DNA of 64,000 nucleotides from the human T2T-CHM13v2.0 reference genome, Homo sapiens: assembly GCF_009914755.1 (NCBI RefSeq), contig NC_060944.1. One strand, written 5' to 3'. This document shows, piece after piece, positions 1 to 11,457 of this stretch (within the stretch, counting starts at the first letter, position 1; every line of letters begins with the position of its first letter). The notes beneath the pieces are model-generated. The model saw nothing but the letters and a program-made list of their open reading frames with translations. It did not search any database and was not told where the DNA came from. A program made the translations under genes and the position numbers.

Positions 1-1209
1 GTGCAGGTACCAAGGGAACAGGGGTTCCATTAGCATGACATATGGTGGCCTTCCCAAAGTTTTGGATGTTTTGGAAGATGGTTGCAGGGTTTGTACCAGT
101 CATACAAGAGCTGCTTAATGACTTAGATATTAGTAAACTTTTTCCCAGGCATTTAATATCTTCCCCGTTTCCTCTTAGTAATCGTAGTTAGGTTCTTGAT
201 GTCCCCTGTGACATTTTTATATCCATCACCTTCAGGTCCAAACTGTTTGATTTGCTGCTTCATCTTGGACTCCTCATATGTGCTTCTAGAGAACAAGTAT
301 ATAAAAAAGAAAGTATGTTTTCTTAATTGCAAAAGTGATGAATGAGGTAGGCAATCAGGACTGTTTTTCATATTTTCAGAGATGCTGAAAATACATTTAG
401 ATTTGTTTTCAGAACAAAATGAGAAAATTGTTTTGGAAAAAATGTTATAAGTTTGGTTACTTTGGAAATGTCTTCATAAATACTCATCTTGATAATATAA
501 TTTATCTTTGCTAGTCTCATATAACAATATTGTTGCCTTTAAAATGGAAATTTGTAAGAAGTTTAAAATTCCAGCTTTACATACAGCCCCCTTTAAACCT
601 CCCCAGGCATTCATAGATATGTTAAAATATATCTAAAATAATACTAAAGCATTACATTTTTTTACCTTATTGGATAAGCTAATATAAAAGATGTTTTATC
701 CATTTCACATAATTTTAAATTTTAAAAATATGAAGACCTTATGTTATTTAAAATTTATTAACAATTTATACACTCCCTTCTCCTGACAAGTCCCCATATA
801 TTCTTAAAGATAAATTCCCTATAACCATTTTTTAAAGTAAATGGTATATGCTTCTATCTGTCTTGGCTATCACGCATCTATCTTGGAAGAAAATTGTTGG
901 GTTCCAGGACTGAATATTGTACTCACATTTGGATAAGACAAGGATGGGGCTCTAAGAAAAAAAGCAAGAGAGAGTTGTGTGCATCACAAAGATGATGCCT
1001 CTCCCGTGTCCCCATCTCCAAGACCAAGCATATACAGAAATAGCCACAGGTGGCTAGAGAAGGAAGACCAGAAGACATCCAGGAGCATATGGCAAGGCAG
1101 GAACTATTCCACATTGCAGGGTGAGGGAAGAGTTAAACTGGTGGAGAGCAAATCAGAAATGCGGTGAATTCCCAAAATATTGGGACAACAACAACATGAC
1201 TTTGGCTAT

Positions 1210-2058
1210 TGTAGGGGATGAAAATACCTTTTCCACACTCATCTTAGGTTCATGGCTGAAGCCCCTACAACAAAATACAGATTAATAAGAGAAATGTGTA
1301 TGAATTTATTTAATATACATTTTACGTAATACAGAAGCCTTCATAAGGAAATGAAGACCTGAAGAAATCATAAATGTTTGTATTTTTTTGCTAGGTTTGA
1401 CAAAGAGTGGACACTCACGGGCATGTATGATTGGAGGAAAAAATGTTTTAATCTAATAATAACAAACTGGGAGAAACTTAGAAAGGCCTATTTGTTCAGA
1501 TTACTTTCTGTGTCCTTGTGTCTTCTGAGATAAGAATATTCCCTTTTTCTGGGTACAGGGATTGCACCTCTCACATGATGGTCACGTGACTTCACAAAGG
1601 CGAGGAGAAGGTGAGAGTGATCCCCTTATTTGTCCATTCTCATGCTGCTAATAAAGACATATCTGCCACTGGATAATTTCTAAAGGAAAGAGATTTAACT
1701 GATTTACAGTTTGGCATGACTGGAATCCTCAGGAAACTTAAAATCATGGCAGAAGGGGAAGCAAACACGTCCTTCTTCATATGGTGGCAGCAAGGAGAAG
1801 TGCCAAGCAAAAGGGGGAAAAGCCCCTTATAAAACCCTCAGATCTCACGAGAACTCACTCACTATCATGAGAACAGCATGGGGGTAACTGCCCCCATGAT
1901 TAAATTACCTCCCACAACACATGGGGGTTATGGGAACTACAATTCAAGATGAAATTTGGGTGGGGACATAGCCAAACTATATCACTGCCCCCTACTTCTG
2001 CTGTTTTCTCATACACCAGCATGCCATATTTTGGGGTAGTGTGTCCTGAACCCCATCA
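1210..2058 (-). mobile_element. MER39-family ERV1 solo LTR, interrupted by a THE1 LTR
   Basis: Minus strand begins TGATGGGGTTCAGGACACACTACCCCAAAATATGGC and ends CCCCTACA. Perfect 4-bp TSD CTAT at 1206-1209 and 2059-2062. Homologous to the copy at 4094-4549. Family name from recalled consensus. Confidence 0.8.
1625..1984 (-). mobile_element. THE1C-like MaLR solo LTR nested in MER39
   Basis: Typical THE1 sequence in reverse: gtccattctcatgctgctaataaagacata ... caaggagaagtgccaagcaaaagggggaaaagcccc ... gggtggggacatagccaaactatatca. Confidence 0.9.
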
Positions 2059-2129
2059 CTATCATGTGATGGATGATTGGGTTATATATTCTATCCAGCC
2101 CTTACTCTCAACCTGAGATAGCTAAAGTT

Positions 2130-2750
2130 CATTAAAATAGATTTTTGCTTCTACTATGTATCAGGGACTGGTCTAGGTACTTGACACATATCAGTTAATG
2201 AAACAGAATTATCACTATCCTTGTGGAGTTTACAGAAAATAAGCAGTAAACTTAACAAATAACTAAATTATATAGTATGTTAAAATTGATAAGTAGAATA
2301 TATATTTTTATAAAATGAAGATGAGAAGGATCAGAAGGGTCAAATAATTGGGGCCAAGGTCCAAGGTGGGGATGTCACTGCACAGTATTTAATGGGGTGG
2401 TTGGTTAGGACAGGCCTCATTAGGAAGGTAATAGTTAGATAAATTTTTGAGAGCAGTTAGGGAATTTGACAAGCAGATACCTGTGGCAAGAGCATTCCAG
2501 GAAGTCAGAACAGTAATAACAAAGACTCAGGAAGGAGGCCAGTCTGGCTGGACACTGTGGCCAGAGGGAGAGAGGAGGGGATGAGTGCCGAGGTGCAATA
2601 CCACATCTGATCATGTAAGTCCATGCAATGACCTTGACTTTTACTCTGAGTGAAACAAAGCAGTTTTAGCATTTTCAGCAGAGGAGAAAAACACTCTGAT
2701 TTATGTTTTCAAATGAATCCTTCTGGCAGTTAAATGAGAATAGACATAGA
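2130..2750 (-). mobile_element. L2 (L2a-like) LINE 3' fragment
   Basis: L2 motifs ctactatgtatcagggactggtctaggtac, aagagcattccagg, aaggaggccagtctggctgga, gacttttactctgagtgaaa, tctgatttatgttttcaaa. Boundaries approximate. Confidence 0.75.
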
Positions 2751-3039
2751 GAGATTTTTGACATCATTGCTACTTGTCTGGAGTTCTCATTAAGACACAG
2801 ACCTAGAATTGTCCCCATAAATATTTAAATCAGAGTCACCAAACATGACCTGGTGTCAAACCACAACCTGGACAGAAATTAATTGCATTGCACAGCTAAA
2901 CCTGGGGTCTCCCTGCTGGCCATATCAGTGGACTTGCCCTGATCATTTTCTTAATCTTACATTAACACACCACATTATATGCAATTGAATTCCTTAGATG
3001 CCACTTATTATTTTATGGCAGTTTTACTGAATGTATCGA

Positions 3040-3440
3040 AACCCTTAAAGATGTTCTTTTTCTTTGACATAACAATTACACTCTTAGAAATTTCCTTAAA
3101 GAAAATTATCTAAAATTCAGAAAAGAATGCCAAAAGATATTTACCAAAGTATAATAGTATATAATAGTGTGCGTATATATGTATATATAAAATAGTGATA
3201 AATTAGAAATGATCTAAATATACAGCGATGAAGAAATGGTTAAAATACTATGGTGTATTTATAAGGTAAAACACTATACACCATTGAAAACAATGTTAAT
3301 TATTGGAAAATTCTTATGAAATAATGCAAATAAAAGTAGGAAACAAAACATACAGAAAAAATCTAAAAGGAAATGCAGCAGATGTTAGCAGAGTCTATTC
3401 GATTGTGTAAAATATTCTTCTTTATGTTCCTCTGTATTTA
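3040..3440 (+). mobile_element. Ancient L1 (L1ME-like) 3' fragment
   Basis: Degenerate L1 ORF2-end/3'UTR motifs (ctttgacataacaattacactcttagaaattt; gaaatggttaaaatactatggtgtattta). Highly diverged. Confidence 0.5.
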
Positions 3441-3728
3441 CCCTTCTTCCATCCACCATTTTCAAATTATTTTATGAAGTTTTCTCCAGAAGATACCATA
3501 ATGAAAAAGCTTAGAGACAATCCCAAGGTCAAGTTCAGAGTGTATGATAGAGGCCCTTTGGACTTGTTCAGGGTGAGAGTGGTGTATCTGTAGGTGATTT
3601 AGGGTGACGTTTGGAATCTGGAGATCTCAGTCTACATGAATACATTGCTCATCTGGCACTTGGGTAGGTTATACTTTCCCAGGTAGTTCAGCTTTAAAGA
3701 AATGATCATATCCTTTAAAAACAATACC

Positions 3729-3862
3729 AGTCAGGTGCAGTGGCTCATGTCTGTAATCCCAGCACTTAGGAAGGCAGAGGTGAGAGGACTGTTTGAACCC
3801 AGGAGCTCAGGACCAGCCTGGGCAACATAGCAAGACCCCATTCTTCACACAGAAAAAATAAA
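3729..3862 (+). mobile_element. FLAM_C / Alu left monomer
   Basis: ggtgcagtggctcatgtctgtaatcccagcact ... accagcctgggcaacatagcaagacccc followed by an A-rich tail; single monomer only. Confidence 0.85.
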
Positions 3863-3995
3863 GTACATAAAAATAAAAGTAATATCAAAAAATGAAAATA
3901 CAATATTTTAAAACAAAATCTTGAAGTGAATTCACAAATTTTTCAGATGTGTGTTTAAATACACATCTTTCTCCTTGAGAGTCTAGCTTCTATGC

Positions 3996-4610
3996 TAGTG
4001 GTTCTCAAAGGGGGCTTAAACTTGTTAGTAATGCAGATAATTTTAGGATTCTATCCCCGACCTACTGAAACAGAAACGCTGATGGCAATCTATTGGTGGG
4101 GCTCAGGCGTGCTACCCCAAAATGCTGCACCTTTGGCATTTGAGAAAACAGCAGACACAGAGGAGGGTCACTCTTACTTTTTCCTCTCCCTTGTAAAATC
4201 ATAAGACCCTTATTTGAGAGGTGCCTTCGCTATACCCAGAAGAAACATCCTTATCTCTGAAGACACCGGGACATAGAAGAATCTGAGCAAACAGGCCTTG
4301 CTAAGTTTCCCCGAGTTTATCACCTCCTTTGTCCAGTCATACTTCTCCGGGACTGTCCACTCTTCAAACCTAAGCATAAAAGTACACAAGCTAATCTGTT
4401 TCTTTGGGTCTTCATTTTCTCATGAAGTCTCCTATGTCATGTAAAACTTATATTAAATAAATCTGCATTTATTTAATATCTTCTTTGTATGGAGCCTCCA
4501 CCATGAACCGAGCAATGGGCCAGGAAAAGACATCTTTTCCTCCCCTACAACGTGTTTTAACAAGCCCTCCATGTGATTGTCAGGCAGGGCTCTAAATTTG
4601 GCAAGCACTG
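3996..4610 (+). mobile_element. MER5A hAT-Charlie DNA transposon fossil split by a MER39 LTR
   Basis: agtggttctcaaa ... cctactgaaacagaaac..gcaatct before the LTR; gtgttttaacaagccctcca..gtgatt ... agcactg after it. Confidence 0.7.
4094..4549 (+). mobile_element. MER39-family ERV1 solo LTR
   Basis: Starts TGGTGGGGCTCAGG..GCTACCCCAAAA, contains AATAAA near 4456, ends CCCCTACA. Clearly homologous to the inverted copy at 1210-2058. Confidence 0.8.
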
Positions 4611-6844
4611 CTTGGTGTTGAGTATTCAGAAGTGACAGACTTTGGTAGACTCCAGGCTCAGCAGGCAGCCCTGCCTTCAGAGCATCCGTCCATGAAAACG
4701 GATGGAAAATGCAGAAGGGCCTCTCCCTATCAGAAGGAGAACTGAGCCCCAATCAAGGTGTAGATTAGTGGTTGGGCATGTAGAGGAGGGCTGATGGAAG
4801 ATTATAAGCAGACCATTTCCAGAGCAACAAAAAATGTAGGACTGCTTCCTATTTCAAGTTCTATTTCTAGTAACCCAAACTGATGTTAGATGATCACAGC
4901 AAGAAAAAAAAATGTGCCAAAGCTAATTCAGGAAACTGCCACCTGTTTGGGGTGGGGTAGTCAATATCACAGGTAGAATGGAAGACTTCCTTTGCACTTC
5001 TGACTAATGGATTAAAGTGACAAAATTCAAACTGGGCTGTTAAGTCATTCTCTATAATATTGTGGAATCGCTAGGTTTTATAAGCTCAGAAGGCATCTCA
5101 AGTTTAGAATCCAAGAGTAAAATTCTGTTCTCAGCAAGCTTCTTACTGCCCTGAAGTAATTTCTCAGATGGGCCCACGTGTCTTCTGCCCCTGGCTATCT
5201 CTTACTTGTGGCTTGCATAAAAGCCTCTACGTGCACTGCTGTCGTTATTTTTTTCTTTGAAAACGGAGGCAAAAATACTTCAGCTTTGATGCCTTATGAA
5301 AAGAGAAAATCGTGACATCTTCTTAATATGAAAAACTAGACAAGGTTGTTAATATTTAATTGTCTAAGCCAGATGCAGTAACACATGCGAATGTGTTCAT
5401 AAGTTTGGAACAGGGGATGCATTTGATTTACTCTTCTACAACTTTCCAAGTGTATTTTCATTATTTTACAGAAGCTCATATAAATAACTGATAAAATCGA
5501 CTTGTTAAAAAATTAATTGGATTTGTAATATAAAGAATTCTTTTTACCCATAGTAATATTTGTTCGTTATAGATTTTATCTTTAATTTTTAAACTTCTGT
5601 TATTTTGAACCTGGTGAGGTCTACTTGGTTGAACTATTAATGAACCACATGCCAACTAAAGTTGATGTGATTCTTTCATAAATCAGTATATGCATTTATA
5701 ATGCACATCAATTTTTTTTCTAGAAGATACTATGTGTGAAAATGTATTAATTTAAAAGAATTAGTTAACTTCAAAGAGATGCCTTGGAAATTTTATCTTA
5801 AAAATTAAAAAAGAAAAGAAAATAAATAACTGAGCTTCAGACAATTTATGCTCAGTCCTCAGAACATAAGCTCTAAACCATATAAAACTTTATTTGGTCA
5901 GTTGCTCAAAATAGTATCAAATGGGACCATCTTCCCAACCAGACTTTCTTCTCTTCTCTTGCAAAACTTCTCTTCTCATGTCATTTTCAAGAACTTGCTT
6001 TATGAATACCTTTTCTTGTACTTTCTGAGAGTATCAGATTGCAAATACATATCCATACATGTATGCATATATGCAAACATACACACACATGCACACACAC
6101 ATAAAACTTCTCTAGGGTAATTTTCAGATGGCAAAACAAAGCAACTCTTCCTCTGCTCTTCACTCTATACATAATTTTTTAAAATGTGTTATTCCTGCAA
6201 TAGTAGTTAAAAAGAAAATAGTATATATCGACCTGAAAGTGTATCTCCCCAGCTCACAGAGGGGTCTTATTTCACTATGATAAAAACAAAATTAAGGTTA
6301 TAGTTAATAGGTGAAAGCAAAGATCTTAATCAGGATGAGTTCAAAATGCTAAAGAAATGGGTATTGTGTAGGAAATGGGAAAAGTTTGAACTGATAGTGT
6401 GGGCTCTCCAGTGCTGTTGACATGGGCATATCATTTTTGTCCAGGTTAAAAGAATATTTAAATATTCTTTTAATGCAAAATGCAAAAAATGCATTTGCTG
6501 CTAAAGTAATGTATTATTTAACATAGCTGAATAAATCCAGTTCAATCATTTGAGAAGTGCACATAATAAAATAATGCTTCAGCCTAATCAATCTAAGGCT
6601 TTTATTTACTCTAGATCTATACTTCATACGCTTAGGAGGAAGGTTTTTTGCTCTAAAAATTAGGCGCAAGTAAAATTTTTCCTAAAGTATGAAATAGGGA
6701 TCTAAATTTGGGCCTCACAGGCCAGCATTACAATTATAATATATGTGATGAATTAATGTGATTAATTTATAATTGATTTAGATAAAAACAAGCTTTAAAT
6801 ATGGGATTCCTAATACAAATGTACAGTATTCACATTTTACTAAG

Positions 6845-6908
6845 GAAAGAGGCTGTTCTTACAGCCCCTTTGAAAGAGGCCGTTCCTACAGCCCCTTTGA
6901 AAGAGGCC
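6845..6908. repeat. 27-bp tandem repeat (about 2.4 copies) with a hairpin-forming unit
   Basis: gaaagaggctgttcttacagccccttt / gaaagaggccgttcctacagccccttt / gaaagaggcc. Confidence 0.9.
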
Positions 6909-7386
6909 TTTCATGAGACGATATATGACGTGAATATTGTTATTATTTATTTTGGTCTTCTTACGTCAGCATTTCAGCTATCCTTTATAGTTGCTTTGAT
7001 ATATGTTTCTTCTATCAGTTTGTGTAAAGAAGCCATCCCTCCATGACCTTTGTATGAATATGAGTGTCCTTTTCTGTTGGGGATAGAAGCTGAGACCACA
7101 GATTTCTTTGCACAGCAACTCAGATCACTAGTCCATGAAGTTAGAATGGAGGAGAAATTACTGGCAGGAAACTCAGAAGTCTGCCTTTAGCAAGGAGGAA
7201 GAGGAAGCTCAGCTTCTCCCTCTTGGCACCATTTCTGTTAGTCTGAGACCTGTAATGTGTGGTTAGAGGTGGTAAAACCCAATGGGTAGATGCTCTTTAG
7301 GCTTGAGTAATATAGAACTCTTGAATAATTGGAAGAAATGAAAGTAGAGTTCTTTCAAGTAGGAACACAAAGCTATTTACCTAGAG

Positions 7387-7572
7387 CAATGGTTCCCAGA
7401 GTGCAGTCCTCAGATCGGCATCTTCTACATCAACCTGATCTTCTTAGAAGTGCAAAATTTTCAGCCCCACTCCAAGCCCAGTGCATGAGAAACTCCAGGT
7501 ATGGGACCCAGCAATTTGTTTTGGTAAACTCTCCAGGTGATTCTGATGCATACTTATATTTGAAAATCATAT
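7387..7572 (+). mobile_element. MER5A DNA transposon fossil
   Basis: caatggttccca ... ttagaagtgcaaaattttcagccccac ... gggacccagcaatttg ... ctccaggtgattctgatgcatac. Confidence 0.75.
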
Positions 7573-7834
7573 TCTTTAGAGGGTCAGTAGCCTCTTTTCT
7601 GCTGCCTCTTTCAGCTAAAGAGCATTCAGCCTCTTAAGCTCAGTTTCATTTCCTTTCTCCTCGAAAGCGAATTGTTTCCTTGACAGGTAGGTAGTTTAGA
7701 TTTTTGAAATGCAGAATTGAGAGAAAGGGGAAGAGAATTGGATCAGAACTGAGAGAGAAATTTTCTCAAGAGCTTGGAGAAGATCAGCGCTGGAAGAAGA
7801 GTTTCAGGTAGGGGAAAATAGACATGTAGCCATC

Positions 7835-8045
7835 GAGTCTGAAGTCATCTGGGGTTTGAATCTTGGTTCTGCCACTTAGATGATGCAGGGCTTTGGTCCA
7901 CTTATGGGGCTTCTCTAGGACTCAGTTTCCTCATATGTACAATGGAGATAAAACAACAGTAATTTCCTCAAAGGCGTGTTAGGAGGTTCAATTAGTTAAT
8001 GTATTATATGGAGTATGACACGATGTTCAATATCCATTAGGTATC
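7835..8045 (+). mobile_element. MIR SINE
   Basis: gggtttgaatcttggttctgccactta ... ctcagtttcctcatatgtacaatggagataa (MIR core). Confidence 0.75.
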
Positions 8046-8669
8046 ATTGCTGGATGAAGTATATTCTATTAATTGTGTTCAGAAAAAAGGGAGCAACGAA
8101 TCACAGTGATTTGAACTTTACTTTTTGATTGCTGGACTGGTTACTTTGCTTAAAAAAATGCTTTCTGAGAACAGACCACATGGGTCACAGCTTCAAGAAA
8201 ATTTCAAAAGGAATATATTTTTCCAAGTAGAGCAATGTTAAAAGACATTCAGAATCCAAGACAAATAAAATGCTCTGTTATTACAAAGCTATTGTAGGTC
8301 CTCAGTTATCATTCTCTCTGCTCCAACTCTTTGAAAAGCTCTTCCCAAAACAGAGGGACACAAGTTCTTTGTCCCCTGTTCCCTCATGAGCAAACTGAAG
8401 GCTTCTTTGCCTCCTAGTATATGGGTCTTTTATTTCTAAAACTGACTTCTTAAAGATGTCAACTAGCTTTCTTGTGTGCAGGTCTTAAAACATGATTCCT
8501 TCAGCACTGGATTGAATATCCAGTGAAGATTTCTGTAATAACTTTCTAAGTTCTTTTTTTCCTCTATCATAGAGTTCCATTGGCCAATAAGAAGAGCATT
8601 TTGACTCACCAACATAGATTTTTATTTTTGACCTCTTCACTCTATTAATGGCAAATAGTAAAAGATTAC

Positions 8670-8905
8670 ATAGTGTGGTGGAAACAGCAAGATATTTGGA
8701 GCCAGACAAGGTAGTTCTGACTCAACCTCTAATTAGCTTTTTGACTTAGGAAAGTCATTTATCTTCTTGGATCAATTTTCTCACTTAGTTCAGCTTTCAA
8801 CTAGGACAATAGAACCTTACAGGGATGAAGAGACAATCAAGTGGGGGAAAAATGATTTTTTTTAAAAAAAAACTGCAAAGTGCCATTCAAATGTTAGCTA
8901 TTGAG
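8670..8905 (+). mobile_element. MIR SINE (diverged)
   Basis: tagtgtggtggaaacagca..ttggagccagaca ... tgacttaggaaagtcattta ... aaatgttagctatt. Confidence 0.6.
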
Positions 8906-11457
8906 AGTTAATGATAATTAACATTCACTGAGTGTGGATGAAGAGCTGGGCACCATGGAAAGTCTCATATATACATATCTATATTTATTTACAAATAGAT
9001 ATAAGATTATTGCAATGTATATTATGTTCAATTTGTTAAATTTACACAGCTAGTAAATAAAACTTAGAAAATGTAATTTTCTTAGCTCATGTTTAAACAT
9101 TTAAACCTCGATTAGAAACATGATCAGCTTTGGTCTGAAAATAAGAGAAAACTCTGACACAATCTGATGAAACCAATAAGGATACTTGCTATCGCTCATA
9201 ACGTGAAGTTCAGAGAGACAGTGGACGCCAGAGTGTCTTTAACCATATTCTTATAGTTACCATCTTTTATGACAATCATCACAGTAGGCTGTGTTAGAAA
9301 TTTCTAAAGCTGGGAAAGGCTTCAGCAGTCAGAGTCTAGACTGTTTTCTTACAGCAGGGAAAATCAAGATTGGAGTTTCAAGGAGCTAACTCATGATAGC
9401 ACCAGGGGATGGTCCCTTCATCCAATCCCTGATTGGAAAACAACCCTAGGCCATGACAGTGGCAGGGACTTAGTTTGCTTAGTGACTTGCTCTTTATAAT
9501 TTCTAGATAAATCTGCATTTTGCTTCACTCTTCTCTCATCAGAGAGGTTGAGTTCTTCAAACACTTTTGTTGTTATTTCTCAATTCAAAGAGCAACATAA
9601 GAAAGACATGCTCTTACTAGGTCATTCCAAGGTTTTTTTTTCCATCTATTATATGTAATCAGATTTGTATCTCTGTTGTAGAAAGTCTTATTTTTCTTTA
9701 TGTCTGTTAAAATACCAGTAGGTTCTCTATTCTGCTAATGTAATATTTCTTTTTTTTGCTGTTCCTTTGAGCTGGGGCACATTTTATTGTTTTGTGTTAA
9801 TTCTGTGATTTTAAGTCTGTATATCAAAATTGTAGTCCTACTAGGCATGTAAATATTATAATAAATACATTAGTAATGCAGACAGCCTACAAAATAGTTT
9901 GCTAGTTTGCTCTAAAGATATTTCTGGCTGTGATAATGATTAATTTCAGATACCCTGCATCATAATTTTCTTGAAATATGTAAATTACTTCCCTCTCAAA
10001 ATTTCTTATGTAGAAACACACACACGCACAGACACACATACACACACATATTTAGCAGGTCGAAATGAGGTTCTTGAATCTGCACAAAAGTTGTTGATGC
10101 CAAGCCCAAACAGTACAATTGTGAGTGCAGCTGGTCAGGTCTTCAATACCGTTCCCTTCTCCTCACCATTCTTCATGCCCAAGGGGTCTATTTGCATTTC
10201 CTAGAACATGCCTTGCGCTTTCTAGCCTTCAGACCTTTTCTCCCAGTTTGTCCTTCACTTAGGATGTCTTCTTTTAGTATCTCCAACTAAATGAACCCCA
10301 CCCTTTCACCAATAGGGTTGAAAATACATTTTCTCAATATCTCAGACAATCCCAGGCCAGACAAAACCCCAAGGGCCAGTTATCTTTTGCATTTCTTGAG
10401 CACTGGTTGAGCATCGTGTTAGTAAAATTAAATGTTAATCTCAAACACAGAGTTTGAGAGGAAGGCATTCCTGTTTTGCAAGTCATTGTAATTTCCCCCG
10501 CAGGTAGCACTGTGCTTTTAGATGAAGCTCAGTAGGTGGAGGCTTAATAAACTGTTTTTTGGATTGATGGTATGATTAGAAGTAAGAAGACAATTTTGGC
10601 TTAACTAAGAGAAAATTACAAACTAGAATTAATTGTGTGTTTTAACCAAAAAAAAAAAAGAAAAAAAAAGGTGTGGAATTGATCTTTTGTTTACTGTAAA
10701 CATGTTTTCCTTTTAAAACCTTTCACAGAGACTGAGTAATTTTGTGCTATCTCTTTGACCCATCTTTTGCCTGCACCCTCTCATCTCTTTCTGCATCACC
10801 CTCATGAGGGGCCAAGCTTTCTTTTTAGGTTGCTCTCTTCCTTTTCAATGTGTTTATGTATTTTTCTTCTTAGAAGTTTTGGGAAGAATTCAGTTACATT
10901 TCAAAAGTCTTGCTTCTTCAGAATTAAACCTTTAGCCCTGTGCCTTTTGATTGGCTCTAAAAGTGCGTGTGTGGCCTGCGGGGACAGTTGTCAGCGTGGC
11001 ATCTTTCTTCCAGTGTGCCCCTCTCCTGCCCTTAAGCATTCCATTTTTCCTTTTAACCGTAACACTGTTGCTTTAAGTTGATTTTCAACAGGTCTTTTGA
11101 CTTTGATGATTTCCCAAGATATTGCATGTGTGAGGTGAGGAGGGTGTATGCGGACTTGTTCTTTCCTGGGTTAGTGACTAGCCTGAGAGAGTTTAAGGAG
11201 CTAAACACAACTATTTCCTTGAGTATGAGAATTATGATTGAATATAGCTCTATTTTTCTCCACCCTTGTCTTTGACATAGTCTTCTCACTTTCTGCATCT
11301 TTCTGAAACATCTATAATAGTTTTGACCCTGAACTTTATTCTCTTAACCAGTCCTATCAATATTGTACCGTTTTGAAGTTAGGAGGTCATAAAGCCATTA
11401 ACTAATTTGGAAGATTCATCAATGGCTTTGAAGAGCTTTACAAAATATGCTGAGTAT

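Noticed and set aside
1210-4549. Two MER39 LTRs as the ends of one provirus
   Set aside because: Opposite orientations, the first has its own TSD, and the interval holds L2/L1/FLAM rather than gag-pol sequence.
6845-6908. CRISPR-like or histone stem-loop interpretation of the hairpin repeat
   Set aside because: No spacers, only ~2.4 units, eukaryotic context, no cas or histone ORF, and it does not match the histone stem-loop consensus.
11078-11275. Short plus-strand ORF/exon (RSFDFDDFPRYCMCE) with AG...GTGAGG boundaries
   Set aside because: Weak pyrimidine tract, no recognisable protein similarity and no partner coding exons.
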